From positions 485,119 to 549,118 of the forward strand of contig CASFKG010000001.1 of assembly GCA_949295325.1 (NCBI GenBank): a stretch of 64,000 bases of DNA. The letters run 5' to 3'. Source of the stretch: an uncultured bacterium. Lineage in GTDB: Bacteria > Bacillota_I > Bacilli_A > RFN20 > CAG-826. Of the stretch, positions 10,101 to 20,212 are shown in pieces (position 1 is the stretch's first letter; each line of letters opens with the position of its first letter). Position numbers and translations under genes: made by a program. Below the pieces are notes generated by a model that saw only the letters and a program-made list of their open reading frames with translations, was not told where the DNA came from and did no database searches.

Positions 10101-10308
10101 GTTCGACGAAGGAGGGAACGCGACATTCCGCCTGTTGGGAAAGATCGACGTCACTTACCATAACCCCGGGCGCATCGATACGCTCAACGGGGAATATTCC
10201 CTCGTCTATTCGATCGACGGCATCGACTACCATGCCGTCGAAGGCGATTTGGCCGCCCGCATAAGGGAAGGGCTGGTATCAAAGATTTCAGTGAGGATCG
10301 AAAAATGA
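7162..10308 (+). CDS. Beta-1,3-glucan phosphorylase, GH161-like
   Basis: 1048 aa, no signal peptide; FCSFLPAVAG..G.PLWAFY, RKHGDMERDYN, GNFRDVNQNRR, EGYWVDHWTY, KPGWNDAMNGLPG, GWLERE; GH16/ABC context. Confidence 0.8.
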   Translation: MATYSFKNNRFRIEDYQKATPFCSFLPAVAGKDGKPLWAFYASVGQAMGGFGATSKVTPIAPFDSAHMAYENIPIRGFRTFLKIDGRPLTPFFGESSAKRNMETSLHDLRIEEIGEDYELSFTYSGIPHETFPGLIRKLVLKNTSDSDKTFTCIDGLPVFFPLGLSNSDYKQLVSLMEAYCEVNGLEDRRVFAKFKTSTGDNAVVALNEKGNGYFAKDEEGRLLYCIADPAAVFGDDLSLLTAKPFFEKSYSSFSKYAQQRENKLPSAFFAFNRTLSAGETYTVYEVYGSFLTEESFREAEKRLSKDYLDTLIEQNEQLVESLVSPITTHTGNPVFDLFAAQSYLDNNLRGGFPANLGSRESPIPYYLFGRKHGDMERDYNDFVIPAEYCSSGPGNFRDVNQNRRNDLFFAPFIGDYNIHLFFDLIQIDGQNPLNVKPETFVLSKKLGYKKFVDNIPADFQDGFKELLKGRFEPSGLLHFLIDTAGLEKWKAQRLFEEILKACHQEEEANFAEGYWVDHWTYNVDLLENYSSIFPDREEELLFRNDYSYFHSPVYVEPRSEKYCLLGDGRVRQYGAIDLKGMQEYCRKNGIDIGKTDWLKDKAGNRVHSTLAEKIVGLILVKFSTLDSLQMGIEMECEKPGWNDAMNGLPGLFGSGLSETVELLRLVNYASQHLAPFKDRSLELLVEQVPLYAALCSMTSLLKNGMVGRFEYWDKVTTAREELRAKCRYEVTGDKKAIAISDVLSLLERMKAILADGIRRAKAAGNGILPSYLIYRVKSYEKTGHVNHLGYQTVKATAFELETIPPFLEASARALKLGKEFVGKEDLSAIKASGLYDRKLGVYKTCADIDDAPFEIGRVHAFTKGWLERECDFLHMSYKYLLGLLKAGYFREWAKEAKTNLTMELDPKVYGRNPTEASSFIVPTCNPDSSKHGRGFFARLSGANAEFLNMYVILFAGEHVFSYEDGKLHFHLKPHLPASLFDEGGNATFRLLGKIDVTYHNPGRIDTLNGEYSLVYSIDGIDYHAVEGDLAARIREGLVSKISVRIEK

Positions 10309-11300
10309 AAAAGAAAATGCCTTTGCTCGTTCTTCTCGGCCTGACCGCCCTCGGACTTTCCGCCTGCTCGTTTTCGTTCCATTACGAATGGAGCGATTCT
10401 TCCACCGGGGAAGAAACGACATCCGCGACGGAAGAAAAACCGGATCCAGAGCCAACCAGCTCTTCCGACACGGACGTGGATCCCGATCCCGAACCCGCGA
10501 CTTCTTCCACCACCGAGGAGGAACCGGATCCCGATCCCGATCCCGACCCCGAACCGGAGGACAAACTCGTTTGGAGCGACGAATTCGACGGCACGGCTCT
10601 CGACACCAGTAAATGGACCTGCGAAACCGGAACCGGCAACAACGGCTGGGGCAATTGGGAACAACAGTACTACCGGGCGGAAAACGCTACGGTAGGAGGA
10701 GGATATCTGACCATAACCGCCAAGAAGGAAAGCTATGGCGGGATGCGCTATACCTCCGCGCGGCTCAAGACCCAAGGGAAGTTCTCCTTTACCTATGGTA
10801 AGGTCGAGGCCCGCATGAGGTTACCAGGCATTACCGGCAGCTGGCCGGCCTTCTGGATGCTTCCCGAAAACCTTTTCCAAGGCCGCGGTTGGCCGTGGAA
10901 CGGCGAAATAGACATAATGGAAAACCGGGGCAACCAGCCAAACCAATACCTCTCGACCATCCATACCGGACAGGAAAACGCTTCAGAATGGTGGAGCACG
11001 CAGAACACCTCGGGCGATATCACCCTCAATAGCCCGGTTACCGACTGGCATACCTACGGCGTCATCTGGACCGCGGACTATTTCTCTTTCTATTACGACG
11101 ACATCACCACCTACATGGTCACCAAGGACCGTTGGCAGAGCTGGAGTGCCTATGCCGGTACTTCAGCGCCATTCAACCAGAATTTCTTCATCCTTTTGAA
11201 CCTCGCGATAGGAGGGCAGTTCATTTCGCAGCAGCTGCCGGATGATTCACAGCTTCCCTGTCAGATGCAGGTCGATTATGTGAGGGTTTATTCCCTATGA
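10305..11300 (+). CDS. GH16 endo-beta-1,3-glucanase (laminarinase-type) lipoprotein with Asp/Pro/Glu linker
   Basis: Lipobox LSAC; WSDEFDG, GWGNWEQQYY, YTSARL, WPAFWML, EIDIME, LLNLAIGG, VDYVRVY. Confidence 0.92.
   Translation: MKKKMPLLVLLGLTALGLSACSFSFHYEWSDSSTGEETTSATEEKPDPEPTSSSDTDVDPDPEPATSSTTEEEPDPDPDPDPEPEDKLVWSDEFDGTALDTSKWTCETGTGNNGWGNWEQQYYRAENATVGGGYLTITAKKESYGGMRYTSARLKTQGKFSFTYGKVEARMRLPGITGSWPAFWMLPENLFQGRGWPWNGEIDIMENRGNQPNQYLSTIHTGQENASEWWSTQNTSGDITLNSPVTDWHTYGVIWTADYFSFYYDDITTYMVTKDRWQSWSAYAGTSAPFNQNFFILLNLAIGGQFISQQLPDDSQLPCQMQVDYVRVYSL
10430..10560 (+). repeat. Low-complexity coding repeats (CCCGAT-type hexamers; DPEP/DPDP linker)
   Basis: CCGGAT CCCGAT CCCGAT CCCGAC CCCGAA at about 10524-10553, with related units at about 10440 and 10479. 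Confidence 0.8.
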
Positions 11301-12172
11301 AAAAATTACTTGGCTTTCTTGCCTTGCCTTTGCTTCTTCTTACCGCCTGCGGTGGGGAAGAAGGCGGAACCAGCGGGGAATTCACCTTGGTCTGGAGCGA
11401 CGAATTCGAGGGAACGACCCTCGATTCCGCGAAATGGGACGTCATGACCGGCAACGGTGCCGAGTACGGAAACCCCGGCTGGGGCAACAACGAAGCCGAG
11501 TGGTATCAAGAAGACAACATTTCGCTTAAAGACGGCAATCTTGTCATTACCGCCAAAAAAGAACGGATCGAAGGCGAAGGCAAAACCTTCGAATATACCT
11601 CGGCCCGCATCAGGACCTACCAGAAGGCTTATTGGACATACGGTCGCTTCGAGGCGAGGATGGCCCTTCCCAACGTCGACGGCATGTGGCCGGCTTTCTG
11701 GATGCTCCCGGAAGAAAACTACAACAACCAAGGATGGCCGGTATCCGGGGAAATAGACATAATGGAGGCCAGGGGAAGCAGCGATTTGGCTACTTCGGGT
11801 GCCCTCCACTATGCGAACACCAACGGGCAGCATATCTACCAGACCGGTACCAAGTCCTTCAGCCGCCGAAACGGCGAGAGCAACACCGATTTCCATGTCT
11901 ACGCAATCGAATGGGACGAGGAAAGGATCGACTGGTTCGTCGACGACGACTTGTTCTTCTCGGTGGAGCGTCGGGTATGGCATCCGGACGGGAACAGGAT
12001 CTACCCGGATGACGATTCCGCGCCGTTTGATCGCCCTTTCCACATACTCCTGAACCTCGCGGTAGGCGGTAACTTCGATAACGGGACCATGCCTCCCAAT
12101 GACTTCGAATCGGCCGAATTGAAGGTCGATTACGTCCGCGTCTATCAGTGGAACTATCTCCTGGAGGACTAG
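11297..12172 (+). CDS. GH16 endo-beta-1,3-glucanase (laminarinase-type) lipoprotein
   Basis: Lipobox LTAC; [32 protein letters not shown]. Confidence 0.92.
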   Translation: MKKLLGFLALPLLLLTACGGEEGGTSGEFTLVWSDEFEGTTLDSAKWDVMTGNGAEYGNPGWGNNEAEWYQEDNISLKDGNLVITAKKERIEGEGKTFEYTSARIRTYQKAYWTYGRFEARMALPNVDGMWPAFWMLPEENYNNQGWPVSGEIDIMEARGSSDLATSGALHYANTNGQHIYQTGTKSFSRRNGESNTDFHVYAIEWDEERIDWFVDDDLFFSVERRVWHPDGNRIYPDDDSAPFDRPFHILLNLAVGGNFDNGTMPPNDFESAELKVDYVRVYQWNYLLED

Positions 12173-12173
12173 C

Positions 12174-13604
12174 ATGGGACGCATAGACATGGAAAAAATC
12201 AGGGCTTGGCGTGAGAAGTCGAAAGCCAAGTCCAAGGCCGAAAAGGAAGCCTTCGGGGCCGAAACCGCGATTTTGAATGCCAACTCGGCCTATGCGAAGC
12301 TCGTCGATAGGGCCGAGGCCGAAAACAAAAAGGAAAGCCAGGGGCTCGACGTCGGCAACGACTACCTGGTCAGTTGCCGCCATTTGACCAAGATATACGC
12401 TAATCGAGTGGAGGCGGTCCACGACTTCAATCTCGATATCAAGGAAGGGGAGTTCATCGTCCTTGTCGGCCCCAGCGGCTGCGGCAAATCCACGACCCTC
12501 CGCATGATCGCGGGGCTAGAAGACATTACCTACGGGTCCTTGTTCATCGACGGGAAATACTCCAACGACCTCCTCCCCAAGGAAAGAGGAGTGTCCATGG
12601 TCTTCCAAAGCTACGCGCTTTATCCCCACATGTCGGTTTACGACAACATGGCCTTCGGCCTCAGCGGCCTAGACAAAGAGGAAATCGATGCCCGCATCAA
12701 GGAAGCCTCGGCCCTGCTCGAAATAACCCCTTATCTAGATAGGAAGCCGACCGCCCTCAGCGGCGGTCAGTGCCAACGCGTTGCCCTAGGCCGGGCCATC
12801 GTCAGGAAAAGTCGCATCTTCCTGCTGGACGAGCCTCTTAGCAACCTCGACGCGAAACTCCGCGTCCAGATGAGAAGCGAGTTGGTCAAGCTCCACGAGC
12901 GGCTCAAGAACACGATGATCTACGTCACCCACGACCAGACGGAAGCCATGACCATGGCCGACCGCATCGTGGTTCTCAAAAACGGCTACGTGATGCAGAT
13001 CGGTACTCCAAGGGAAATATACGACAACCCCGCGAACGTCTTCGTCGCGACATTCCTAGGCTCCCCGACGATGAACATCATCGAGGCCCGTTACGAGAGC
13101 AAGCGGATAGTTTTTCCTAATGGGGAAATCTACGAACTCTCCGCGAAGGAGTGTAAGGACCTCGAAGCCTATTACCAAAATAGCCTGAAGAGCCTTAAAG
13201 AACGCAAGAAGGCCCTTGTGGAGGAACACGAACAAAGGCAGAAGCTCGCCGAGGAAAGAAAGGCCCTAGGAAGCCTCCCTCCCCACTTCGACGAGGAACT
13301 TTCCGAGATCGATGACCGTCTCGATGCGGTGGAGGATTTCATCGCCCACAAGGCCGGCAGGATCTATTTCGGCATCCGTCCGGAAGACGTAAGGATTTCG
13401 AATAGGGGAGGCTACAAGGCCAATCTCGACGTGGCCGAACTGCTCGGGGCGGAGTATTACGTCCACGTCTACTTCTCCAACCAGAAGATGGTGGCCAAGG
13501 TTTCCGCGGAGGATTATAAAGGCCCGGGCAACGGTTTCGGCCTTATTTTCGCAAAGGGCAAGGGACACCTTTTTGACTTCGTTAGCGGCGAACGCATAGG
13601 CTAA
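12174..13604 (+). CDS. Sugar ABC transporter ATPase (MsmX/MalK-like) with N-terminal extension and helical insert
   Basis: Walker [10 protein letters not shown]; LSGGQ; [14 protein letters not shown]; YVTHDQ; GIRPED. Confidence 0.93.
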   Translation: MGRIDMEKIRAWREKSKAKSKAEKEAFGAETAILNANSAYAKLVDRAEAENKKESQGLDVGNDYLVSCRHLTKIYANRVEAVHDFNLDIKEGEFIVLVGPSGCGKSTTLRMIAGLEDITYGSLFIDGKYSNDLLPKERGVSMVFQSYALYPHMSVYDNMAFGLSGLDKEEIDARIKEASALLEITPYLDRKPTALSGGQCQRVALGRAIVRKSRIFLLDEPLSNLDAKLRVQMRSELVKLHERLKNTMIYVTHDQTEAMTMADRIVVLKNGYVMQIGTPREIYDNPANVFVATFLGSPTMNIIEARYESKRIVFPNGEIYELSAKECKDLEAYYQNSLKSLKERKKALVEEHEQRQKLAEERKALGSLPPHFDEELSEIDDRLDAVEDFIAHKAGRIYFGIRPEDVRISNRGGYKANLDVAELLGAEYYVHVYFSNQKMVAKVSAEDYKGPGNGFGLIFAKGKGHLFDFVSGERIG

Positions 13605-13614
13605 ATCTTTGTCT

Positions 13615-13646
13615 AAAAGAGCCCGCCTATGCGGGCTTTTACTTTT
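13615..13646 (+). terminator. Intrinsic terminator of the glucan operon
   Basis: AGCCCGC-CTAT-GCGGGCT followed by a T-rich tail. Confidence 0.8.
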
Positions 13647-13702
13647 GTCTATTAATTCCGCCAATTTTTCCTCTTTTGTCAAAACGAGCCGGTTTTTGCA
13701 GC

Positions 13703-13730
13703 AAAAAAGGCCCCGCCGGAGCGGGACCTT
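13703..13730 (-). terminator. Intrinsic terminator of eno
   Basis: AAAAAAGG-CCCCGC-CGGA-GCGGGA-CCTT hairpin with T6 on the minus strand. Confidence 0.75.
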
Positions 13731-13740
13731 GATAGGCGAT

Positions 13741-15039
<1,299 letters not shown>

Positions 15040-15154
15040 CTAATTTCTTCTCCTTTGTGCTGTGCTTACTATGTAAGCCGCCACAATTATAGTGGCCTTT
15101 TCGCCATTGAGAAAGAGAAGGGCAAAAAGCCTTTTATAGAGTAGAATAGGCACG

Positions 15155-16093
15155 ATGAAGCAGAAGGCTACTTATATCCTCTACTTCCTGAAAAACCTGC
15201 CGTCTTCCCTGGCCATAAGGTTTTTCCGTAAGGGGAAGGACGTTACCCGCTTCAACGGGCAGAAGGGAATTACCCTGGAATATTCCTCCAAGGTACTGAG
15301 GGGATACATAAACAAAGGGGAACCCTTCAGCGCGGTGCGTTTCGGGGCCAGCGAACTCGGCTGCCTGAATGCGACCGAGAAAATAGACCTCGGCTTCAAG
15401 AAGACATACAAACCGGCGGTAAGGGACTCCATGAAAAGGAGGGCCGGGTACTATCCAACGGGCGATAGGCACTTAAGCGAATACAGCCACACCTTCTTCG
15501 AGAAGTGCAAAGGAAACGACATCCTCGCCATAAGCGGCATCCACATGGAGGACTATTTCGCAAAGAAATACATGCCTGATGCCAAGATAATCCAAAACCT
15601 TGCGCTGGAACCATTGCTAGGCGGTTGGACCGATTTGCTAAAGGGCAAGAAGGTATTGGTCGTTTCGGGCTTTGCCGACGACATCAGAAAACAATACGAA
15701 AGAAGGGAAAAACTCTTCCCCAAGGATAGCGGCATCCTGCCGGAATTCGACCTCAAGGTTTTGGAGGCCCCGCTTACGTCGGGGGATTCGGTGGACGAAC
15801 GTTTTCCGAGCTTCATGCGTTATCTCGAGGAGATGGAAGAAAGGATCAGGACCATCGACTTCGACATCGCCCTCATCGGCGCTGGGGCCTATGGCAGTCT
15901 CCTCTGCTTCTATATCAAGAGCCTCGGGAAGATGGCCCTTCAGACCGGCGGGGCCACCCAGACGCTTTTCGGCATCATCGGGAAGAGATGGGAAAACCGT
16001 GATTACGTGAAACAATATATAAACGAATATTGGGTGAGGCCGAGCCGTAAACCGCTCGGCTATGAAAAAATCGAAGGAGGTTGCTATTGGTGA
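15155..16093 (+). CDS. Putative GT-D-fold (DUF1792-like) glycosyltransferase
   Basis: PFSAVRFGASE, LKGKKVLVVS, DFDIALIGAGAYG, GGATQTLFGIIGKRW; typical of capsule-locus proteins. Confidence 0.6.
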   Translation: MKQKATYILYFLKNLPSSLAIRFFRKGKDVTRFNGQKGITLEYSSKVLRGYINKGEPFSAVRFGASELGCLNATEKIDLGFKKTYKPAVRDSMKRRAGYYPTGDRHLSEYSHTFFEKCKGNDILAISGIHMEDYFAKKYMPDAKIIQNLALEPLLGGWTDLLKGKKVLVVSGFADDIRKQYERREKLFPKDSGILPEFDLKVLEAPLTSGDSVDERFPSFMRYLEEMEERIRTIDFDIALIGAGAYGSLLCFYIKSLGKMALQTGGATQTLFGIIGKRWENRDYVKQYINEYWVRPSRKPLGYEKIEGGCYW

Positions 16094-17583
16094 AGAATAA
16101 ATCTTTCGACCTAAGTAGATTATTGCCTTATCTAGGTCCTAGCGTCGCCTTGGCGGTGCTCTTCCTCTTGGGTTTCGGCTTCGGAGGAACGCAGGGCGGC
16201 ATGATCGGTTACTTCGTGGTTTTCTTTATACTTGCCGTCTATTTTGTCTTGATGGCAAAAGCCCCGCTGTTCGGAAAGAACGCCGAAAACGGACTCGATC
16301 TTCTCTACGCGATACCCCTGCTGGTCTTCTGCGTCTTCGGTTCCCTAAACCAGTTCTACGGAGGTACTTTTGGCGGAATCGCTTCCGGCCTCTTGCTTCT
16401 ATTCGGCTTGCTTGGGGCTTTCCTATCCGGCTATTTTCTCCGCAATAAAGGGATAATGAAGGCGAAATACGCCGTTTATGCCGTGTTGGCCGGTCTCGCC
16501 CTCCTCGTCTTCGTAAATTTGGTCGCAAATCTCGCTTCTTATCCTCTGTTTTATTCCTATAACTTCGGGAACTACGTTTATTTCTACGAGGGCATTCCGC
16601 ATTTAATAGGGAACGAATCGCAGTTCCTCTACGGCTTTGGCCTAATGCCGATGTCGATGGATTACGCGGTGTTCCCGGCCATCGTCCTCTCGAGCGGTCT
16701 AGGGATGCTCTTCTATATCGATCCCAAGAAGAACGACTTGAAGAGCCACGGGCTCTACGAGTTCATCGCGGTCGCCGTGTTCGGGGCGATAGGTTGGCTT
16801 TTCCTCGTTTCCATGGTGGAGATCAAAGGGATGGTTCTTTCCTTATTGATAATCGCCGCCTCGGCTTTCTACCGCTTCGCTAAGTTAAGCAAAAAGCCCT
16901 CCAAGGCGGCGGTGGGAACCTTCCTTGCCGTTGTTGGCATCCTCATCGCCTTCTTCTTATTTGTTATCGCTAACGCGGTCTTCGAGCCTTCCTTCTTACA
17001 GGAAGGATTCCTCGGGAAGATATTCAATTCCGGGTATTTGCTACCCATCAACCAGACCATCAGCACCCTCTTTAACGGAGGAACTTATCGCGACGCGACC
17101 GCTGGTCAGGTCATACTTTCCATCCTTTTCGGGGCCTCGAGCGAAGGCACGACTACCTATGGTGTTACCTCTCCTATTTCGGTGCTCGACATCTCCAATT
17201 TCGCCTTCGAGTTCCAAGTGCTCCTCGAAGGCGGCTTCCTCGCCTTCATCGGGCTGGTCCTCCTGGTTTTGTTCTCCGTTAGGACCATCCGTCGCAATAT
17301 GGTCGAAGGGAAGGAGGACCCGGGCAAGGCCGGCATATCGATATTGCTTGTCGCGATACTTCTTACCGCGACCTTCTACTACGATTCGTTGCCCTTCGCG
17401 GTGACCCGTTATAGTTCGAGCGCCTATCTCTCGCCGCTTCAAAACAGCGTCTATCCGCTTATCGCCCTCTTCTTGCTGGGTTTTGTTTATCAAAGAAACG
17501 ATGTCGAAGAGAAAGACATAGAAGAGGAAGAACCCGAGGAAGAAATAAAAGAAGACGGGTCCGACGTCTTGGAGGTCCAGTGA
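16090..17583 (+). CDS. Polytopic membrane protein, possibly Wzy polymerase/O-antigen-ligase-like
   Basis: GAAGGAGG RBS then GTG overlapping the upstream TGA; about 12 TM segments with a late external loop; glycan-cluster context. Confidence 0.5.
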   Translation: MKNKSFDLSRLLPYLGPSVALAVLFLLGFGFGGTQGGMIGYFVVFFILAVYFVLMAKAPLFGKNAENGLDLLYAIPLLVFCVFGSLNQFYGGTFGGIASGLLLLFGLLGAFLSGYFLRNKGIMKAKYAVYAVLAGLALLVFVNLVANLASYPLFYSYNFGNYVYFYEGIPHLIGNESQFLYGFGLMPMSMDYAVFPAIVLSSGLGMLFYIDPKKNDLKSHGLYEFIAVAVFGAIGWLFLVSMVEIKGMVLSLLIIAASAFYRFAKLSKKPSKAAVGTFLAVVGILIAFFLFVIANAVFEPSFLQEGFLGKIFNSGYLLPINQTISTLFNGGTYRDATAGQVILSILFGASSEGTTTYGVTSPISVLDISNFAFEFQVLLEGGFLAFIGLVLLVLFSVRTIRRNMVEGKEDPGKAGISILLVAILLTATFYYDSLPFAVTRYSSSAYLSPLQNSVYPLIALFLLGFVYQRNDVEEKDIEEEEPEEEIKEDGSDVLEVQ

Positions 17584-18503
17584 TGAAGAAACGCGCATTG
17601 TCATTGATTGTAGGGGCGTTGCTACTTTCCTCCTGCTCCACCAATCCCCTTTACGAGCCACCGGCCTATGACGGGGCGAATTTCGAAGACAATTATCTCG
17701 TCGGGTTCGATGAGATAGGCGATAAGGAAGGAACGCTTCTAAAGGAAGTGGGCCTTACGAGGGCGGAAGCCCCATATCAAGACGGGGAAGCCTATTTCTT
17801 CGACGGGGATCAGGAATCCTCTTTCCGGGACGTCGCTTCAGCGGGCATGAAAGACGTATATCCCGAGCTTTTCACCTATACCGCGGAAGACGGGACCACC
17901 AAGGAGTTCGAATTCCTCGACTCCGCGGGCTCGATGCTCGATAACCCGGATACCATATCCTTCGGGAAGGCCCATTGCCTGGCCCTGAAAGACGATGGTT
18001 TCAAAAAAGGCGTTCTCAGCAAACTCTATAACGGCCAACTCGAATGCCATAGCTGGTACGCCAACGCCCGCATCCAGTGCGAGGAAAGCGGGTTCAAGGC
18101 CCTCTTCCCCACGGTCCTCGAAGACGGCGACATATTCGCTCTCTCGCTTAGAGGCAATACCTCGAGCAGCGTGGATAGCCGTTACGTGAGCGCGGACGTG
18201 ACCGTCAGATTCTACGTGGACGGCGAAAGCGCCTACGACTATTACCAGTTGACCTACGAAAGCGCCCTATTCTGGATAAACTCCGGAGGCTCGGCGGTCT
18301 CTTTGGTCGGCTCTTCCCTGAAGGACGCCTTCGGGGACGATTTTGCTAGGGACGGGATAGTGGGTTATTCGGTTTCCTTTTCTAGACCCGAGGAAGGCTA
18401 TTTCGAAGGGGACGGCGAATATAGTTTTGAAAAAGAAGGGGAAGGCCCCTATTTCGGGTTTTCCGTTTACGAAGTGATGCTTCCTTTGTCTACTTGGCGT
18501 TAG
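17583..18503 (+). CDS. Hypothetical lipoprotein
   Basis: GGAGG RBS, TGATG coupling; lipobox LSSC; acidic mature domain with no family recognised. Confidence 0.7.
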   Translation: MKKRALSLIVGALLLSSCSTNPLYEPPAYDGANFEDNYLVGFDEIGDKEGTLLKEVGLTRAEAPYQDGEAYFFDGDQESSFRDVASAGMKDVYPELFTYTAEDGTTKEFEFLDSAGSMLDNPDTISFGKAHCLALKDDGFKKGVLSKLYNGQLECHSWYANARIQCEESGFKALFPTVLEDGDIFALSLRGNTSSSVDSRYVSADVTVRFYVDGESAYDYYQLTYESALFWINSGGSAVSLVGSSLKDAFGDDFARDGIVGYSVSFSRPEEGYFEGDGEYSFEKEGEGPYFGFSVYEVMLPLSTWR

Positions 18504-19392
18504 GAAGCTTCAACCAGTTGCCCATTTCGAAGTCGGCTTGGTCGTCGTCTAGTATCAAGGTCCCCTTGGCCGGGGTGAATGTCATTTCCGAGAAATATAT
18601 TTTTCCCTCGACATCGTATAAATCTACCCTGACGAAAGGGAAAGGTTTTGCCAAAATTTCCGAAATTTTGACCATATCGTCGTAATTTGCGGGCTTTTCG
18701 AGCGGCACGTCGGTTTTTATCCAGCCGTTGAACTGGCTGCCGTCGAAGGGTTTGAAGTCGATGTAGTAGTTGTTGTAGCGGATGTCGACCCCGCGGCCGG
18801 TGACGACGTAGAGGCTTCTGGCCTTGCCGTTGAAGACGTGGATCTTGTATTCGGTGGGAAGAGTAGTGCCACCGATGTACTTCTCGGCGATTATCTGCGG
18901 CTTGATGAGCGAGTAGTGGGGCTCGACCGTCTTTTTCCCGTAGTCGGTCTTCAGCCACTTGTCGAACTTCCTTTTGGCTTCTTTTTTGTCGAATTCCGAT
19001 TTGTTCAGGCAAATCATGTTGAAGCCCGAGGCATGGGTGCATTTGAGAACGAAGGCATTGGGCAGTCTATCGAAATCGATGTCGGAAAAGCGGTCATAGA
19101 CCCCGTAGCAGGGAATGAGGATATCCCCTAAACCCTTTTCCTTTACATAGTCCCTGACGGTTGCCCGTCCGGCGCATCTGGCGACATCCTCGTTGTGGGA
19201 GAAGCCGTATAGGCGGAGCCACTGGAGTTTTTCCGTGTAGCGGACCGGGTGCTTAAGATTGAGTTTGTGGTGCGTTATATACCGGTATTCCGCCTTAACG
19301 TACAAAGTGGGCGAGATGGCTTTGACTATGGGTCTAAGCGGTTCTAGGAAGAAGCGTTTGAGCTTGTTTTCCTTTAACCTTTCCGCGAGCAT
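18490..19392 (-). CDS. TupA-like ATP-grasp protein (polysaccharide modification)
   Basis: LNLKHPVRYTEKLQWLRLY, FVLKCTHASG, EYKIHVFNG, PFPFVRVDLY, FSEMTFTP. Confidence 0.88.
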   Translation of the reverse strand: MLAERLKENKLKRFFLEPLRPIVKAISPTLYVKAEYRYITHHKLNLKHPVRYTEKLQWLRLYGFSHNEDVARCAGRATVRDYVKEKGLGDILIPCYGVYDRFSDIDFDRLPNAFVLKCTHASGFNMICLNKSEFDKKEAKRKFDKWLKTDYGKKTVEPHYSLIKPQIIAEKYIGGTTLPTEYKIHVFNGKARSLYVVTGRGVDIRYNNYYIDFKPFDGSQFNGWIKTDVPLEKPANYDDMVKISEILAKPFPFVRVDLYDVEGKIYFSEMTFTPAKGTLILDDDQADFEMGNWLKLPNAK

Positions 19393-19530
19393 GCAAAAAG
19401 TATAGGCCCTCTCCCTTTTCCAATAAAGAAAAGGGTCTCTTCCATAAGCAACAATTTGAACACGACGTGGCTTTGCCAGAGGAGGAAACTCCCGATTATT
19501 TATCGAGCTTGGGGAAAGGAGAAACTTCCG

Positions 19531-20077
19531 ATGTGTAAAAAATTCATCAGGGTTCTGCTTTGATACTTCTTGCGTCTTTAGCGACTTTCTGTTCTTCGAA
19601 TAGCGGATCGGAAATCATTCGGAGGATAACCGGCGAGACCTATTTCGGCTGGAATTCTCAATCGTAAGCGCGTCCTTCGATTTGAGCGTGGCGGATACCG
19701 AAGTCGGGTCGAACAACCTCATCGAGGACGAATTTGAAAAAGAAGGCGGTCTTTTCCTCCAAGTCGGGCTCGATAAGGCCAACAAGGTACGGAAAGAATA
19801 AATTATCCATATGCAAATACGTACGAGCGACTTCGCCTGGGGCGACCTTTTGCCCGCCCCGAGAGAAGTGCTATCTGCTCCGGATTGGAGCATCGACGAA
19901 ATACCTTATTTCGTAAACCTTCTGGATGCCGGTTTTGTCCGTTCCGACTAGTCGGGCGGGGTGTGCGGCCATCAGCTTTACCACAGCGATAGCCAAGTGA
20001 TTCTAAAATACATTTTCGAACTTCCGGGGCAGATATCCTTGGATTTGTCTTTAATAGGACGTATTTCGACGAATTGA
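19531..20077 (+). pseudogene. Degraded gene for a secreted/lipoprotein-like product
   Basis: AAGGAG RBS then ATG 19531 (MCKKFIRVLL*); shifted frame gives LILLASLATFC; long frame from about 19619 broken by TAA 19799 and TAG 19949; antisense shadow ORF has the register seen under real + genes. Confidence 0.55.
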
Positions 20078-20108
20078 CGGTCGAAGCGGTGGGAATACTC
20101 TTGATTAT

Positions 20109-20137
20109 GCCGCCGAACCGCCTTCGGACGGCGTTTT
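20109..20137 (+). terminator. Probable intrinsic terminator after the pseudogene
   Basis: GCCG-CCGAA...TTCGG-A-CGGC hairpin followed by GTTTT. Confidence 0.45.
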
Positions 20138-20212
20138 GGAGAAACTGTTCGGCTGGCCGTCCGATGGCGAGGTTTCCTAGCCCTTATCCCCGCATTGTGG
20201 GATAATCACGCC

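Noticed and set aside
10430-10560. Short tandem repeats as a possible CRISPR array or contingency locus
   Set aside because: In-frame hexamers encoding a DP linker; no repeat-spacer structure and no cas genes
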